From Capsulimonadales bacterium (lineage in GTDB: Bacteria; Armatimonadota; Armatimonadia; Armatimonadales; Armatimonadaceae), in assembly GCA_033762295.1 (NCBI GenBank), contig JANRLW010000110.1:1-36944 (forward strand): DNA of 36,944 nucleotides, in the 5' to 3' direction. Numbering within the stretch: position 1 is the first letter of the stretch; every line of letters starts with the position of its first letter. The notes under the pieces are model-generated. The model made no database searches, was not told where the DNA came from, and saw only the letters and a program-made list of their open reading frames with translations. A program made the position numbers and the translations under genes. Positions 28,443-36,944 of this stretch are shown piece after piece.

Positions 28443-29258
28443 ATGTTTCTTCGCCATCGCCGCCAGACGCCGTCGACCTCCTGGCCTCTCGCCAAGATAC
28501 CGCAGATCAAAAATAAGTTCGTCGTCGTCGCCCACCGGGGGGATCATACCGCCGCTCCGGAAAATACCCTGACCGCCCTGCGCAACGCGAAAAAATGTGG
28601 CGCGGACTATATGGAGATCGATCTGCGCACCACCCGGGACGGGCGGATCGTCCTGATGCACGACGACGACGTCGACCGCATGACCGACGGTAAGGGGCCG
28701 GTCGCATCCATGACGCTGAAGGAGATCAAGGCGCTCAGGGTCATCGACCGACGCCCGAATCTGCCGCCGGACGCCGTGCGAACGGAAACGGTTCCGACGT
28801 TCGAAGAGGCGCTGGACGCCGCGCGTCGTGAACGTCTCCTCTTCTATCTGGATTGTAAGGAGATCGATCCGAAGCAGGTTCTGGATCTGCTCGTCCGTTA
28901 CCGGATGGAAAAAAACGTGGTGGTCTACGACGGGGTCGAGGGGTGCCGTCTCTGGAAGAAAACGACCCCGGATATCCCGGTGATGACCAGTTTCCCCGGC
29001 AGTATCCGGACGCCGGAAGCGCTGGAGGAGTTCTGGCGGCGCGACTCGGTCGAAATTCTCGACGGAGGGTTCTCCCGCTACACCCCGGAGATGGTCGTTG
29101 CCGCGCACTCCTGGGGGGCTGTGGTCTGGCCGGACATCCAGAACCCGAACGAACGTCCCGCCCAGTGGGAGGTCGCGGTTCGAATGGGGGTCAAAGGCCT
29201 GCAATCCGACCATCCCGGCGCACTGGTGAGTTATCTCAAATCCGTCGGCAAGCGGTAG
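28443..29258 (+). CDS. Glycerophosphodiester phosphodiesterase family protein
   Basis: Motifs VAHRG, PENT, EIDLRTTRDG, MHD, VPTFEE, QSDHP. Confidence 0.92.
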   Translation: MFLRHRRQTPSTSWPLAKIPQIKNKFVVVAHRGDHTAAPENTLTALRNAKKCGADYMEIDLRTTRDGRIVLMHDDDVDRMTDGKGPVASMTLKEIKALRVIDRRPNLPPDAVRTETVPTFEEALDAARRERLLFYLDCKEIDPKQVLDLLVRYRMEKNVVVYDGVEGCRLWKKTTPDIPVMTSFPGSIRTPEALEEFWRRDSVEILDGGFSRYTPEMVVAAHSWGAVVWPDIQNPNERPAQWEVAVRMGVKGLQSDHPGALVSYLKSVGKR

Positions 29259-29395
29259 GGTAACCGTTTACGGATCGGTGCGCGTGATCCATCGTAAACC
29301 CGTTGGTGATCGCGAACACGCTACTGCCTGCCTTTTCGGGATACCATGCTTTCGTGGGCGACAAGGAATCACCCACGATATGCAAAGGAAAAACG

Positions 29396-29857
29396 ATGGC
29401 AATCGCAGTAAGTAACCCGGTTCAGATCCCGGCCGGAGGCGGATTTGAACCTATCAACGGCACCTTTTCCAACAAAACCGGGAAGACAATTACGGTGATC
29501 GGCGTCACCGCAACCGGTTTTCAAACGGACAATTCGGCGAACGTCGTTCTGCAACAGGTGGATGGGCAATACCCGAGTTTGAAACTCGACATCATCGAGG
29601 CGATGCGCGGCGATTCCAGCCGAATTCCGGAAAGATTCCGATCCGATCGAGGCTTTGTCATGTATCCGGATCAGAGTTGGGTCGGCGGTCTTGTTTACAT
29701 CAATGCTCAACCCGGCAATCAGGGATCGGGACAGATACCTCTCGTTCCGTTTACGTTCGTCCTGACCATCACTTATATCGATCCGACTGACCCGTCAAGA
29801 CAAATGGACGAATCCTGTACCATGTCTGCGAACATCACCCCTCCTGACCGTTTGTAG
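29396..29857 (+). CDS. Hypothetical beta-rich protein with lower GC than neighbours
   Basis: SD AAAGGA before ATG 29396. Protein-like composition, but no recognised family. Confidence 0.65.
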   Translation: MAIAVSNPVQIPAGGGFEPINGTFSNKTGKTITVIGVTATGFQTDNSANVVLQQVDGQYPSLKLDIIEAMRGDSSRIPERFRSDRGFVMYPDQSWVGGLVYINAQPGNQGSGQIPLVPFTFVLTITYIDPTDPSRQMDESCTMSANITPPDRL

Positions 29858-29951
29858 TGACCGTTGAACGGATTCGAGTTTCCGTCGTTGGGGGGATGCC
29901 TCCGTCCGGAATAATCGCTACAAAAGAAGCAATTCCGACGGAGGCAGCGAA

Positions 29952-30278
29952 GTGTCCGGCAATACGATTCTTCTTTTTGTCATCTGCGCGATGATGGCGG
30001 CGGTGGTTCTGGGAGCGGCGGTGAACTACGGTCGTGAGTTTGCGGCGAACCTGCGTCAGCCCCTGCGAACGACGGTGGCGCGGATCGAGGCTCGACGGGT
30101 TCAGGAGGATCAGGGGGCGGGGTGGTCGCCCTCGATCCGGTATTTCGTGACCTTTGCCACCGAGACCGGCGTTCGCGAGGAGTACCCGGTATCCGAGGAG
30201 GAGTACGAACGGCTTCGGGAAGGGCAGGCCGGAACGCTCCGAACGCGGGGCAACTGGTACAGAGGTTTTCGGGTTTAA
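29952..30278 (+). CDS. DUF2500 (YhhM-like) membrane protein
   Basis: N-terminal TM, then RYFVTFATETGVREEYPVSEEEYERLREGQAGTLRTRG..YRGF pattern. SD GGAGG. Confidence 0.8.
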   Translation: MSGNTILLFVICAMMAAVVLGAAVNYGREFAANLRQPLRTTVARIEARRVQEDQGAGWSPSIRYFVTFATETGVREEYPVSEEEYERLREGQAGTLRTRGNWYRGFRV

Positions 30279-31195
30279 CCACGAAGCCGCCGTTGAAATT
30301 CGGTGACCTCGGCCCGGTTCGGCAATCCGGCGGCGTTTCCGATGCGGGTGATACGGACGGCGACCGCCGCCTGTGCGAAGTCCGCCGCCTCCCGAACCGT
30401 AGCTCCGGCGAGGTAGGCGTGCAGGAACGCGCCATGAAACAGGTCGCCCGCCCCGCAGGTATCCGCCACGCGTTCAACGGCGCAAGCGGGCAAAAACGCC
30501 ACGTTTTCGCCGCGTCGCCCGAGGACGACTCCCTCCGCGCCGAGGGTTACCCCGGCCACCTCGATGCCTCGCGCATGAAAAGCGCGGACCTGCCCGGCCG
30601 GGTCGTCGGAGATCTCCGAGAACGCGCCGCGCCCGCCCTTCTTCGATGCGATGACGATATGGCATCGATCCAGCAACGCTTCGCGACCGGGCCGCATCGT
30701 CCCCAGGTCCAGCGAGACGATGCCTCCGGATTGCCGTACGATCTCCGCGGCTTCGATGGAGACCGGCAGATCACGACCGTCCAGATGCAGCAGGCAGGGC
30801 TGGCGCAACAGTTCGCGCTCCGGGTCGGTCAGTGAGCGCGGAGGCAGGTCCTCCGCATAGTTGGCGAGGGTACGGGAACCATCCCGCGCGTCCAGCAGGA
30901 CCAGGGAACGACTCGTACGAATCCCGGAAGCGCGACGAAGCAGGGGCGTGACTTTTTCCTCTCGCAGGGTTTCCGCCAGTTCCTCGCCGTCCCGGTCCTC
31001 GCCGGTGACGCCCAGAAAGAAGACCGGCGCGTTGCCCAGACGCGCCAGGGCGACCATCGCCACGGGAACCGGTCCGCCCACCTGCTCGAAAAAATGGGTC
31101 GCTGCCACCTTGGCATCGCGTTCCCACTCCGGCACGACCGCGACGATATCCCGGTTGATCAGTCCTAAGCCGACGATATTCGGTCGGAATGCCAT
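30275..31195 (-). CDS. PfkB/ribokinase family carbohydrate kinase
   Basis: GG..PVAMVALARLG, VTLGAEG, and anion-hole motif DTCGAGDLFHGAF. Confidence 0.92.
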   Translation of the reverse strand: MAFRPNIVGLGLINRDIVAVVPEWERDAKVAATHFFEQVGGPVPVAMVALARLGNAPVFFLGVTGEDRDGEELAETLREEKVTPLLRRASGIRTSRSLVLLDARDGSRTLANYAEDLPPRSLTDPERELLRQPCLLHLDGRDLPVSIEAAEIVRQSGGIVSLDLGTMRPGREALLDRCHIVIASKKGGRGAFSEISDDPAGQVRAFHARGIEVAGVTLGAEGVVLGRRGENVAFLPACAVERVADTCGAGDLFHGAFLHAYLAGATVREAADFAQAAVAVRITRIGNAAGLPNRAEVTEFQRRLRG

Positions 31196-31262
31196 CCCGT
31201 TCTCCCCGATGGTTCGACACGGCAGCCGTCACGGTCGGGAACTCCGGCGGCACGGCGTTGTC

Positions 31263-31291
31263 TTGAAAATTACAACCTACCCTGATAATAT
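31263..31291 (+). promoter_or_regulatory. Sigma70 promoter TTGAAA-17-TAATAT for guaB3-guaA
   Basis: TTGAAA attacaacctaccctga TAATAT, about 113 nt upstream of GTG 31405. Confidence 0.65.
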
Positions 31292-31404
31292 ACACCTAAT
31301 CGCACGGCACGCGATTACTGCACGACGCAGTGACGCCGGAGCCGTGCGAATGCTTTATCCGGCGGTTTTTCGCCGATCGTTTGTGAAACGGAAAGAGGAA
31401 TCAA

Positions 31405-32559
31405 GTGGAAGTCGTGGTCGGAGGCAGGAGGCGGGCGCGTCGCTCCTATGGATTCGACGAGGTAGCCCTGGTACCGGGGCCCCTGGTCATTGACGCCCGC
31501 GATGTGGATATCTCCTGGACCCTGGGAGGAAAACGGTTCGAAATTCCGATCCTCGCCGCCGCGCTCGACGGCGCGGTCAACCCGCAGATGGCGGTTCGGA
31601 TGAGCGAACTGGGCGGTCTGGCGGTTCTGAATCTGGACGGCCTGCAATCTCGATATGAGGATGCCGAGGCGGCGCTCCGGTCGATCGCCGAACACTCCGG
31701 TGAGGGAATCATCCACTACATTCAGGAACTGTATGCGGCCGCGCCCATCCGGCCGGACCTGATCCGGAAACGGGTGCGAGAGATCAAGGATGCCGGCGCG
31801 ACCTGCGCCGTCTCCGCAGCCCCGCATACCGCGCAGAAAGCCGCCGAAGCGGCGGTCGAGGCCGGAGCGGATCTCTTCGTCGTTCAGAGCACCGTCGGCG
31901 CCGTCCGATTCGAGTCCTCCGCCATTGCCGAATTTCCGGTGGCCGAGTTCTGCAAAAACGCTCCGATTCCGGTGGTGGTCGGCAACACCGTCGGCTATGC
32001 GGCGACCTACGAACTGATGGAAGCCGGCGCGGCGGGCATTCTGGTCGGCGTCGGACCCGGTCATATCTGTACGTCGCGAAAAGTCCTGGGGATCGGCGTC
32101 CCGCAGATCACGGCCACCGCCGACTGCGCCGCCGCGCGGGACGATTACTTCGAACGAACCGGCCGTTACGTTCCGGTAATCACCGACGGCGGGCTACGAA
32201 ACGGGGGCGATATCGCCAAGGCGATCGCGGCCGGAGCCGATGCCGTCATGCTCGGGTCGACGATTGCCGCCGCCGCGGAAGCGCCCGCGCCAGGTTACTC
32301 CTGGGGTATGGCGACCTCCTCGGCGGAGTTGCCGCGCGGCACCCGGATCAAGGTCGGAATCTCCGGAACGCTGAAGGAGATCCTGTTCGGTCCGGCGCAC
32401 CGTGATGATGGCACGATGAACCTGGTTGGCGCACTGCGTCTGGCTATGGGTTCGCTTGGCGCGCATAACTTGAAGGAGATGCAGCAGGTGGAAATGATGA
32501 TCGCTCCGTCGCTGCCCACCGAGGGCAAATCGCTGCAGCGAGCGCAGGGGGTGGGCTAG
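31405..32559 (+). CDS. guaB3: GuaB3-family IMP dehydrogenase-related protein (no CBS domains)
   Basis: RRSYGFDEVALVPG, LNLDGL..RY, GVGPGHICTSRKVLGIGVPQ, WGMATSSAELPRGTRI. Confidence 0.9.
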   Translation: MEVVVGGRRRARRSYGFDEVALVPGPLVIDARDVDISWTLGGKRFEIPILAAALDGAVNPQMAVRMSELGGLAVLNLDGLQSRYEDAEAALRSIAEHSGEGIIHYIQELYAAAPIRPDLIRKRVREIKDAGATCAVSAAPHTAQKAAEAAVEAGADLFVVQSTVGAVRFESSAIAEFPVAEFCKNAPIPVVVGNTVGYAATYELMEAGAAGILVGVGPGHICTSRKVLGIGVPQITATADCAAARDDYFERTGRYVPVITDGGLRNGGDIAKAIAAGADAVMLGSTIAAAAEAPAPGYSWGMATSSAELPRGTRIKVGISGTLKEILFGPAHRDDGTMNLVGALRLAMGSLGAHNLKEMQQVEMMIAPSLPTEGKSLQRAQGVG

Positions 32560-32562
32560 TCC

Positions 32563-34116
32563 ATGCGCCCCGCAACCGCCATTCACCCCGAAGAAAACGT
32601 CGTCGTTCTGGATTTCGGCGCGCAATATACCCAGTTGATCGCGCGCCGGATTCGCGAATGCAAAGTCTATTGCGAGATTCTTCCCGCCGATACGCCGCTC
32701 GCACAGGTGCTCGCCCGTAAGCCGATCGGGATCGTCTTTTCCGGTGGTCCGTCGTCCTGCTACGAACCGGGCGCGCCGCAGGTCGACCCGGAGATCTACA
32801 ATGCCGGCATCCCGGTCCTGGGCATCTGCTACGGCATGCAGTTGATGTCGCGCCAGCTCGGAGGACGCGTCGTTCCCGCCGAGCGGCGCGAGTACGGCAA
32901 GACGCAACTGGATGTCGACGACGACACCGACCTGTTCCGTGGTCTGAACCGGGAACTGGTCTGCTGGATGTCCCATGGCGACTCGGTGGAAAAGCCGCCG
33001 CCCGGTTTCAAGGTCACCGCCCACACGCCGTCGGTTCCGATCGCGGCGATCGCGAACAAGGACCGCCGACTATTCGGTGTGCAGTTCCATCCGGAGGTCG
33101 TCCATACCCCATGGGGTACCGAAATCATCCGGAATTTCCTCTATCAGTTCTGTGGCGCGAAAGGTCTCTGGACCATGGCCTCCTTTATCAAGGAGGCGAC
33201 GGAAACCGTGCGGAATCAGGTGGGGGATGCCCGAGTGATCTGCGGGCTTTCCGGCGGTGTCGACTCCTGCACCGTCGCCGCCCTGGTGCATCGCGCCATC
33301 GGCGACCAGTTGACCTGTATCTTCGTCAATACGGGGCTGCTGCGAAAGGATGAAGGAACCCAGGTTCGAAAAACCTTCGCCGACACCTTTAAAATCAACC
33401 TGGTCTACGCCGATGAGAAAGCCCGATTCCTGCAAAAACTGTGCGGGGTGACCGATCCCGAGCAGAAGCGCAAGATCATCGGCCATGAGTTCGTACAGGT
33501 CTTCGACGAGGTGTCGGGTCGAATCCAGGGGGTGGAGTACCTGGCTCAGGGAACGCTCTATCCCGACGTCATCGAGTCCGGGACGAAGCACGCGGCGAAA
33601 ATCAAGACGCACCACAATGTCGGCGGCCTGCCGGAAAACATGAAACTGAAACTGGTCGAGCCGCTGCGCTACCTGTTCAAGGACGAGGTGCGCCGGGTCG
33701 CCGAGGAACTGGGCCTGCCCTCCGAGATGGTCTGGCGTCAGCCGTTCCCCGGACCGGGTCTCGCGATCCGGGTACTGGGCGAGGTGACGTTCGACAAGCT
33801 GGAAATCCTGCGTCACGCGGATGCCATCGTGGTCGAGGAGATCAAGCGGGCGGGGCTGTACCGGCGGGTATGGCAGTCGTTCGCCGTCCTGCCCGATACC
33901 AAGTCGGTCGGCGTCATGGGCGACCAGCGGACGTATGCCTACCCGATCGTCCTGCGTGTCGTCTCCTCGGAGGACGCCATGACGGCGGACTGGGCGCGTC
34001 TGCCGTTCGAGGTGCTGGAGCGAATCTCCAACCGGATCGTCGGCGAAGTGCAGGGGGTCAACCGGGTCGTCTACGACATCACCAGTAAACCCCCCGGCAC
34101 CATCGAGTGGGAGTGA
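32563..34116 (+). CDS. guaA: Glutamine-hydrolysing GMP synthase
   Basis: [62 protein letters not shown]. Confidence 0.98.
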   Translation: MRPATAIHPEENVVVLDFGAQYTQLIARRIRECKVYCEILPADTPLAQVLARKPIGIVFSGGPSSCYEPGAPQVDPEIYNAGIPVLGICYGMQLMSRQLGGRVVPAERREYGKTQLDVDDDTDLFRGLNRELVCWMSHGDSVEKPPPGFKVTAHTPSVPIAAIANKDRRLFGVQFHPEVVHTPWGTEIIRNFLYQFCGAKGLWTMASFIKEATETVRNQVGDARVICGLSGGVDSCTVAALVHRAIGDQLTCIFVNTGLLRKDEGTQVRKTFADTFKINLVYADEKARFLQKLCGVTDPEQKRKIIGHEFVQVFDEVSGRIQGVEYLAQGTLYPDVIESGTKHAAKIKTHHNVGGLPENMKLKLVEPLRYLFKDEVRRVAEELGLPSEMVWRQPFPGPGLAIRVLGEVTFDKLEILRHADAIVVEEIKRAGLYRRVWQSFAVLPDTKSVGVMGDQRTYAYPIVLRVVSSEDAMTADWARLPFEVLERISNRIVGEVQGVNRVVYDITSKPPGTIEWE

Positions 34117-34170
34117 CGACCGAACGTCCGATACGAACCGTGTAAACCCCTTCGAACCCGTTCGAATATG

Positions 34171-34204
34171 AACACGCCCCGATCAGTCGGGGCGTGTTTC
34201 TTTT
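34171..34204 (+). terminator. Rho-independent terminator after guaA
   Basis: 12-bp stem AACACGCCCCGA-TCAG-TCGGGGCGTGTT followed by TCTTTT. Confidence 0.75.
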
Positions 34205-34755
34205 GCAGGTGCCCGGTCGGAGTTATCGAACCGTTGCTGCGTGCCGTTGTCGAGGCTGAGGTAGTGGTCGCCGGTGTATTCTCCGATCACACGATGCCAG
34301 AAAGCGATGGCGGGCGCGTTGCGTTCCAGCTGGAATACCTGCCATCGGCCCGGTTGCCGGTCGAACAGGGCGCGGGCTGCAATGCGTCCGACGCCCTGTC
34401 GACGGAATTTCGGCGCGATATAGAAGTCCATCAGTTCGTGGTCGACGTCGTCGGGAAGCGGAGGATGCCGGGAGAGAACGATGGCGAACCCGGCCGGCAC
34501 GCCGTCGGCAAGAAAGAGCGTTCGGTCCGCCTGATCGCGAACCCACCAGTTGAACCGGGCGCATTCCTCCGCCGTTTTCGGGCCGTCCGTTCCGCAGGCG
34601 ATCAACGTCGGTTCCCAGCAGGGCAATCCGTAACGATTGACGACGATCTGCCGATCGAATTGGGACAGGTCATGGAAGAAAGCCACGAAAAAGTGGGACA
34701 ATGCGAGGGCGCGGTCGCCGGAATGAGCGGGGACGAGTTCGATCTGCATGTTCAC
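34183..34755 (-). CDS. GNAT family N-acetyltransferase
   Basis: FYIAPKFRRQGVG, GRWQV.Q..RN..A..FW.RVI. Confidence 0.87.
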   Translation of the reverse strand: MNMQIELVPAHSGDRALALSHFFVAFFHDLSQFDRQIVVNRYGLPCWEPTLIACGTDGPKTAEECARFNWWVRDQADRTLFLADGVPAGFAIVLSRHPPLPDDVDHELMDFYIAPKFRRQGVGRIAARALFDRQPGRWQVFQLERNAPAIAFWHRVIGEYTGDHYLSLDNGTQQRFDNSDRAPAKETRPD

Positions 34756-34759
34756 GAGC

Positions 34760-36628
34760 CTAATCGACGACCGCGCCCGAACCGCCCACCGTCCGCTCGC
34801 TGATGCCGAAATGTTTCGCCAGCATCTTTCGGGCGATCGGGGCGGCGTCGGTTCCGCCGTGATAGTTTTGCCCCTCCGATTGGAGGAAAACGGCGATGGC
34901 GATGGTCGGGTTCTCGTAGGGCGCGTAACACACGAACCAGGCGTGCGACTCTTTCTTCGCGCCGCTCTGACGTTCCGCCGACCCGGTCTTCCCGGCGACG
35001 GCGACCGCCGCCAGATTCACGGAATGCCCGGTTCCACGCGATCCGGCGACACACTGCCGCATCCCCTCGGCAATGCCGCGCAATCGTTCCGGCGCGATCC
35101 CCAGACGGCTGACCACTTTCGGATTCGACCGAAACACGACCTCACGGGTCAGGCTGTCGGTGGCCGATCGCACGAGGTGCGGTTTGAAGATCGTCCCGCC
35201 GTTCGCCACGGCGGCAACCACGGACGCCATCTGGAGCGGGGTTACGGCCACGTCACCCTGACCGATCGAGACATTCGCCGTGTCGCCGGGATACCAGCGA
35301 GGGTCCGGATTCCCGAAGATCGGAGCCCATTTTCGCTTCCAGGCGGGCGAGGGCAGGATGCCCGACTCCTCACCCGGCAGGTCGATTCCCAGTTTTCGTC
35401 CGAGTCCGAACCGGCGGCCGTAGGTAACCAGTGGATCGATTCCCATTTTCAGGGTGTACTGGTAATAATAGATATCGCAGGAGGCCGCCAGCGCATCCTT
35501 CAGGTTGACTCCCCCGTGGGCGCGATGGCACCGTTTCGCGCTGCGTCCAAGGGACATAACTCCGCCGCAGTGAGCGTAATCGTAGCGCGGGTCGACCGTG
35601 TTGTTGGCGAGAAGCGCGGCGGACGTGACCAGTTTGAAGGTCGAGCCGGGCGGAGACATCGATTGGATCGCGCGGTGAAACTCCCCCGGTTTGATTTGCG
35701 TGTCGTAGACCCACGGTTTGAGCGGGCGATGCGCCAGAAGATTGGGGTCGAAGGTCGGAGCGGAGGCCAGGGCGATGACCTCGCCGTTGCGCGGGTCAAT
35801 CGCGACCGCCGCGCCCTTCTTACCTTTCAAACCCTCCTCGGCCGCACGCTGGACATCCGCATTGAGCGCCAGATGCAGGGTGGCCCCCGGCTTGGGCTCC
35901 AGAGGGGTTCCCCTCTGGTTCTGACGGCGACCACGGGCGTCCACATCGTAGGTCACCGTTCCCTTGACACCGTTCAGCAGTTCGTCATACTGCCGTTCCA
36001 GTCCGCTCTTGCCGACCAGATCGCCGGGTATATAGCGTTTTTTCGCCTTCGGGTCCTCCAACTGCTTCGCGCTGATCTCCCCGATGTAGCCCAGCGCATG
36101 AGCGGCCAGATTGCCCATCGGGTACTTTCGCACCGGTTCGACATCCGGTTCGATGCCGGGCAGGAGGAGGCGGCTTTCGGAAATCCGCGCGAGAGTCGCC
36201 TGATCGACCCCTTCCTCGACCGGAATCGGTCCGGAGGCCGCAACCTTGTTGCGTTTCATGACCTCTTGAAGTCGCTGCGGGGTGATGCCGAGGATTTTCG
36301 CCAGCCGCTCGAAGACGAGGAGACGCTCCGCCTTTTTCTTGGGCAGTTCCTCCGGATTGACGAAGATGGTGAACTGGGCGGAGTTGGTGACGAGAGGCCG
36401 GCCCCGGGTATCCAGAATGATGCCGCGCGGAGCCGGCGTGCGAACCTCGAGCGAACGGTCCGAGAGCGATCTTTCTCGCAGGTCTTCCCCCTGGACGATC
36501 TGGAGGAACCACAGACGGGCCACGAGCGCCAGGAGGATCAGGACGATGAACAGGGCGAAGAGACTCAATCGGAGCCCCGAAACGTCAGCATCACTCACCG
36601 TCAAGGAATCGGCACGCGAACGGCGCAT
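34760..36628 (-). CDS. mrdA: Penicillin-binding protein 2 (class B transpeptidase)
   Basis: N-terminal TM, APRGIILD, GKSGLE, and SxxK (GSTFK), SCD, KTG motifs. Confidence 0.93.
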   Translation of the reverse strand: MRRSRADSLTVSDADVSGLRLSLFALFIVLILLALVARLWFLQIVQGEDLRERSLSDRSLEVRTPAPRGIILDTRGRPLVTNSAQFTIFVNPEELPKKKAERLLVFERLAKILGITPQRLQEVMKRNKVAASGPIPVEEGVDQATLARISESRLLLPGIEPDVEPVRKYPMGNLAAHALGYIGEISAKQLEDPKAKKRYIPGDLVGKSGLERQYDELLNGVKGTVTYDVDARGRRQNQRGTPLEPKPGATLHLALNADVQRAAEEGLKGKKGAAVAIDPRNGEVIALASAPTFDPNLLAHRPLKPWVYDTQIKPGEFHRAIQSMSPPGSTFKLVTSAALLANNTVDPRYDYAHCGGVMSLGRSAKRCHRAHGGVNLKDALAASCDIYYYQYTLKMGIDPLVTYGRRFGLGRKLGIDLPGEESGILPSPAWKRKWAPIFGNPDPRWYPGDTANVSIGQGDVAVTPLQMASVVAAVANGGTIFKPHLVRSATDSLTREVVFRSNPKVVSRLGIAPERLRGIAEGMRQCVAGSRGTGHSVNLAAVAVAGKTGSAERQSGAKKESHAWFVCYAPYENPTIAIAVFLQSEGQNYHGGTDAAPIARKMLAKHFGISERTVGGSGAVVD

Positions 36629-36651
36629 TTCCTGTCTCCCTCGATCCTCCG

Positions 36652-36944
36652 TCAGGAGGTGGACGAGTTCTCCGCTCCGGGGGAAGAGTCACCGTCCTGC
36701 GTCTCCGCGCCTCCGGAGTTTCCGGAAGGCGGCGTCTCGGGCGCGATCGGGGGAGCGGACTCCTCACGACGTTCGGTAGGTTGCCTTTCGTCGGATACGT
36801 TCGCGTTCGCGGAATCGTCGGTCGCGGCCTTCTCCTCGCCCGTTCCGGCTGCGGTTTCTTCCGAACGTTCGGCACGGCGGCGCGGAATTTCGCGCCGCGC
36901 TTCGTCCCCGTCAGCGGAGGTGCTTCGTCGCCGGGTCCGCCGCT
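36652..36944 (-). CDS. C-terminal low-complexity tail of an unidentified protein (starts beyond window end)
   Basis: Open frame from the window edge to TGA at 36654-36652, reading RRTRRRSTSADGDEARREIP...EESAPPIAPETPPSGNSGGAETQDGDSSPGAENSSTS*. Confidence 0.55.
   Translation of the reverse strand, partial: RRTRRRSTSADGDEARREIPRRRAERSEETAAGTGEEKAATDDSANANVSDERQPTERREESAPPIAPETPPSGNSGGAETQDGDSSPGAENSSTS

Noticed and set aside
34151..34166. TTCGAAC-CC-GTTCGAA palindrome resembling a LexA (Cheo) box
   Set aside because: The spacer is 2 nt rather than 4, and the site lies between convergent gene ends, not in a promoter.

Overview
GC-rich bacterial chromosomal segment, most likely Armatimonadota (inferred from the [14 protein letters not shown]...YIQDYDE prepilin-like/H-X9-DG protein and the B2-less PheT). 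Housekeeping genes: dCMP deaminase (partial), glyA, pheT, a MrfA/Hrq1-type helicase, guaB3-guaA and mrdA. Carbohydrate genes: FucU/RbsD, HGSNAT/NagX-like, secreted GalM, GH95, PfkB, DeoR and GntR-LacI regulators, and a fused E1 alpha/beta 2-oxoacid dehydrogenase. There is also a type III PKS-methyltransferase-flavin monooxygenase cassette. No tRNA, rRNA, CRISPR or mobile element was seen. Most notable: (1) an unannotated polytopic membrane protein with presenilin/SPP-like motifs (FD...GPAD...PAL) fused to a PDZ domain, directly upstream of an SPFH gene; (2) a candidate structured RNA with tandem hairpin units upstream of an ANTAR response regulator; (3) a 53-bp duplicated promoter/operator linking GH95 and the orphan fused E1 to a DeoR repressor; (4) a switch-like leader before guaB3-guaA; (5) a decayed intradiol-dioxygenase-like relic. 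All family calls come from motif recognition by eye, with no database searches.
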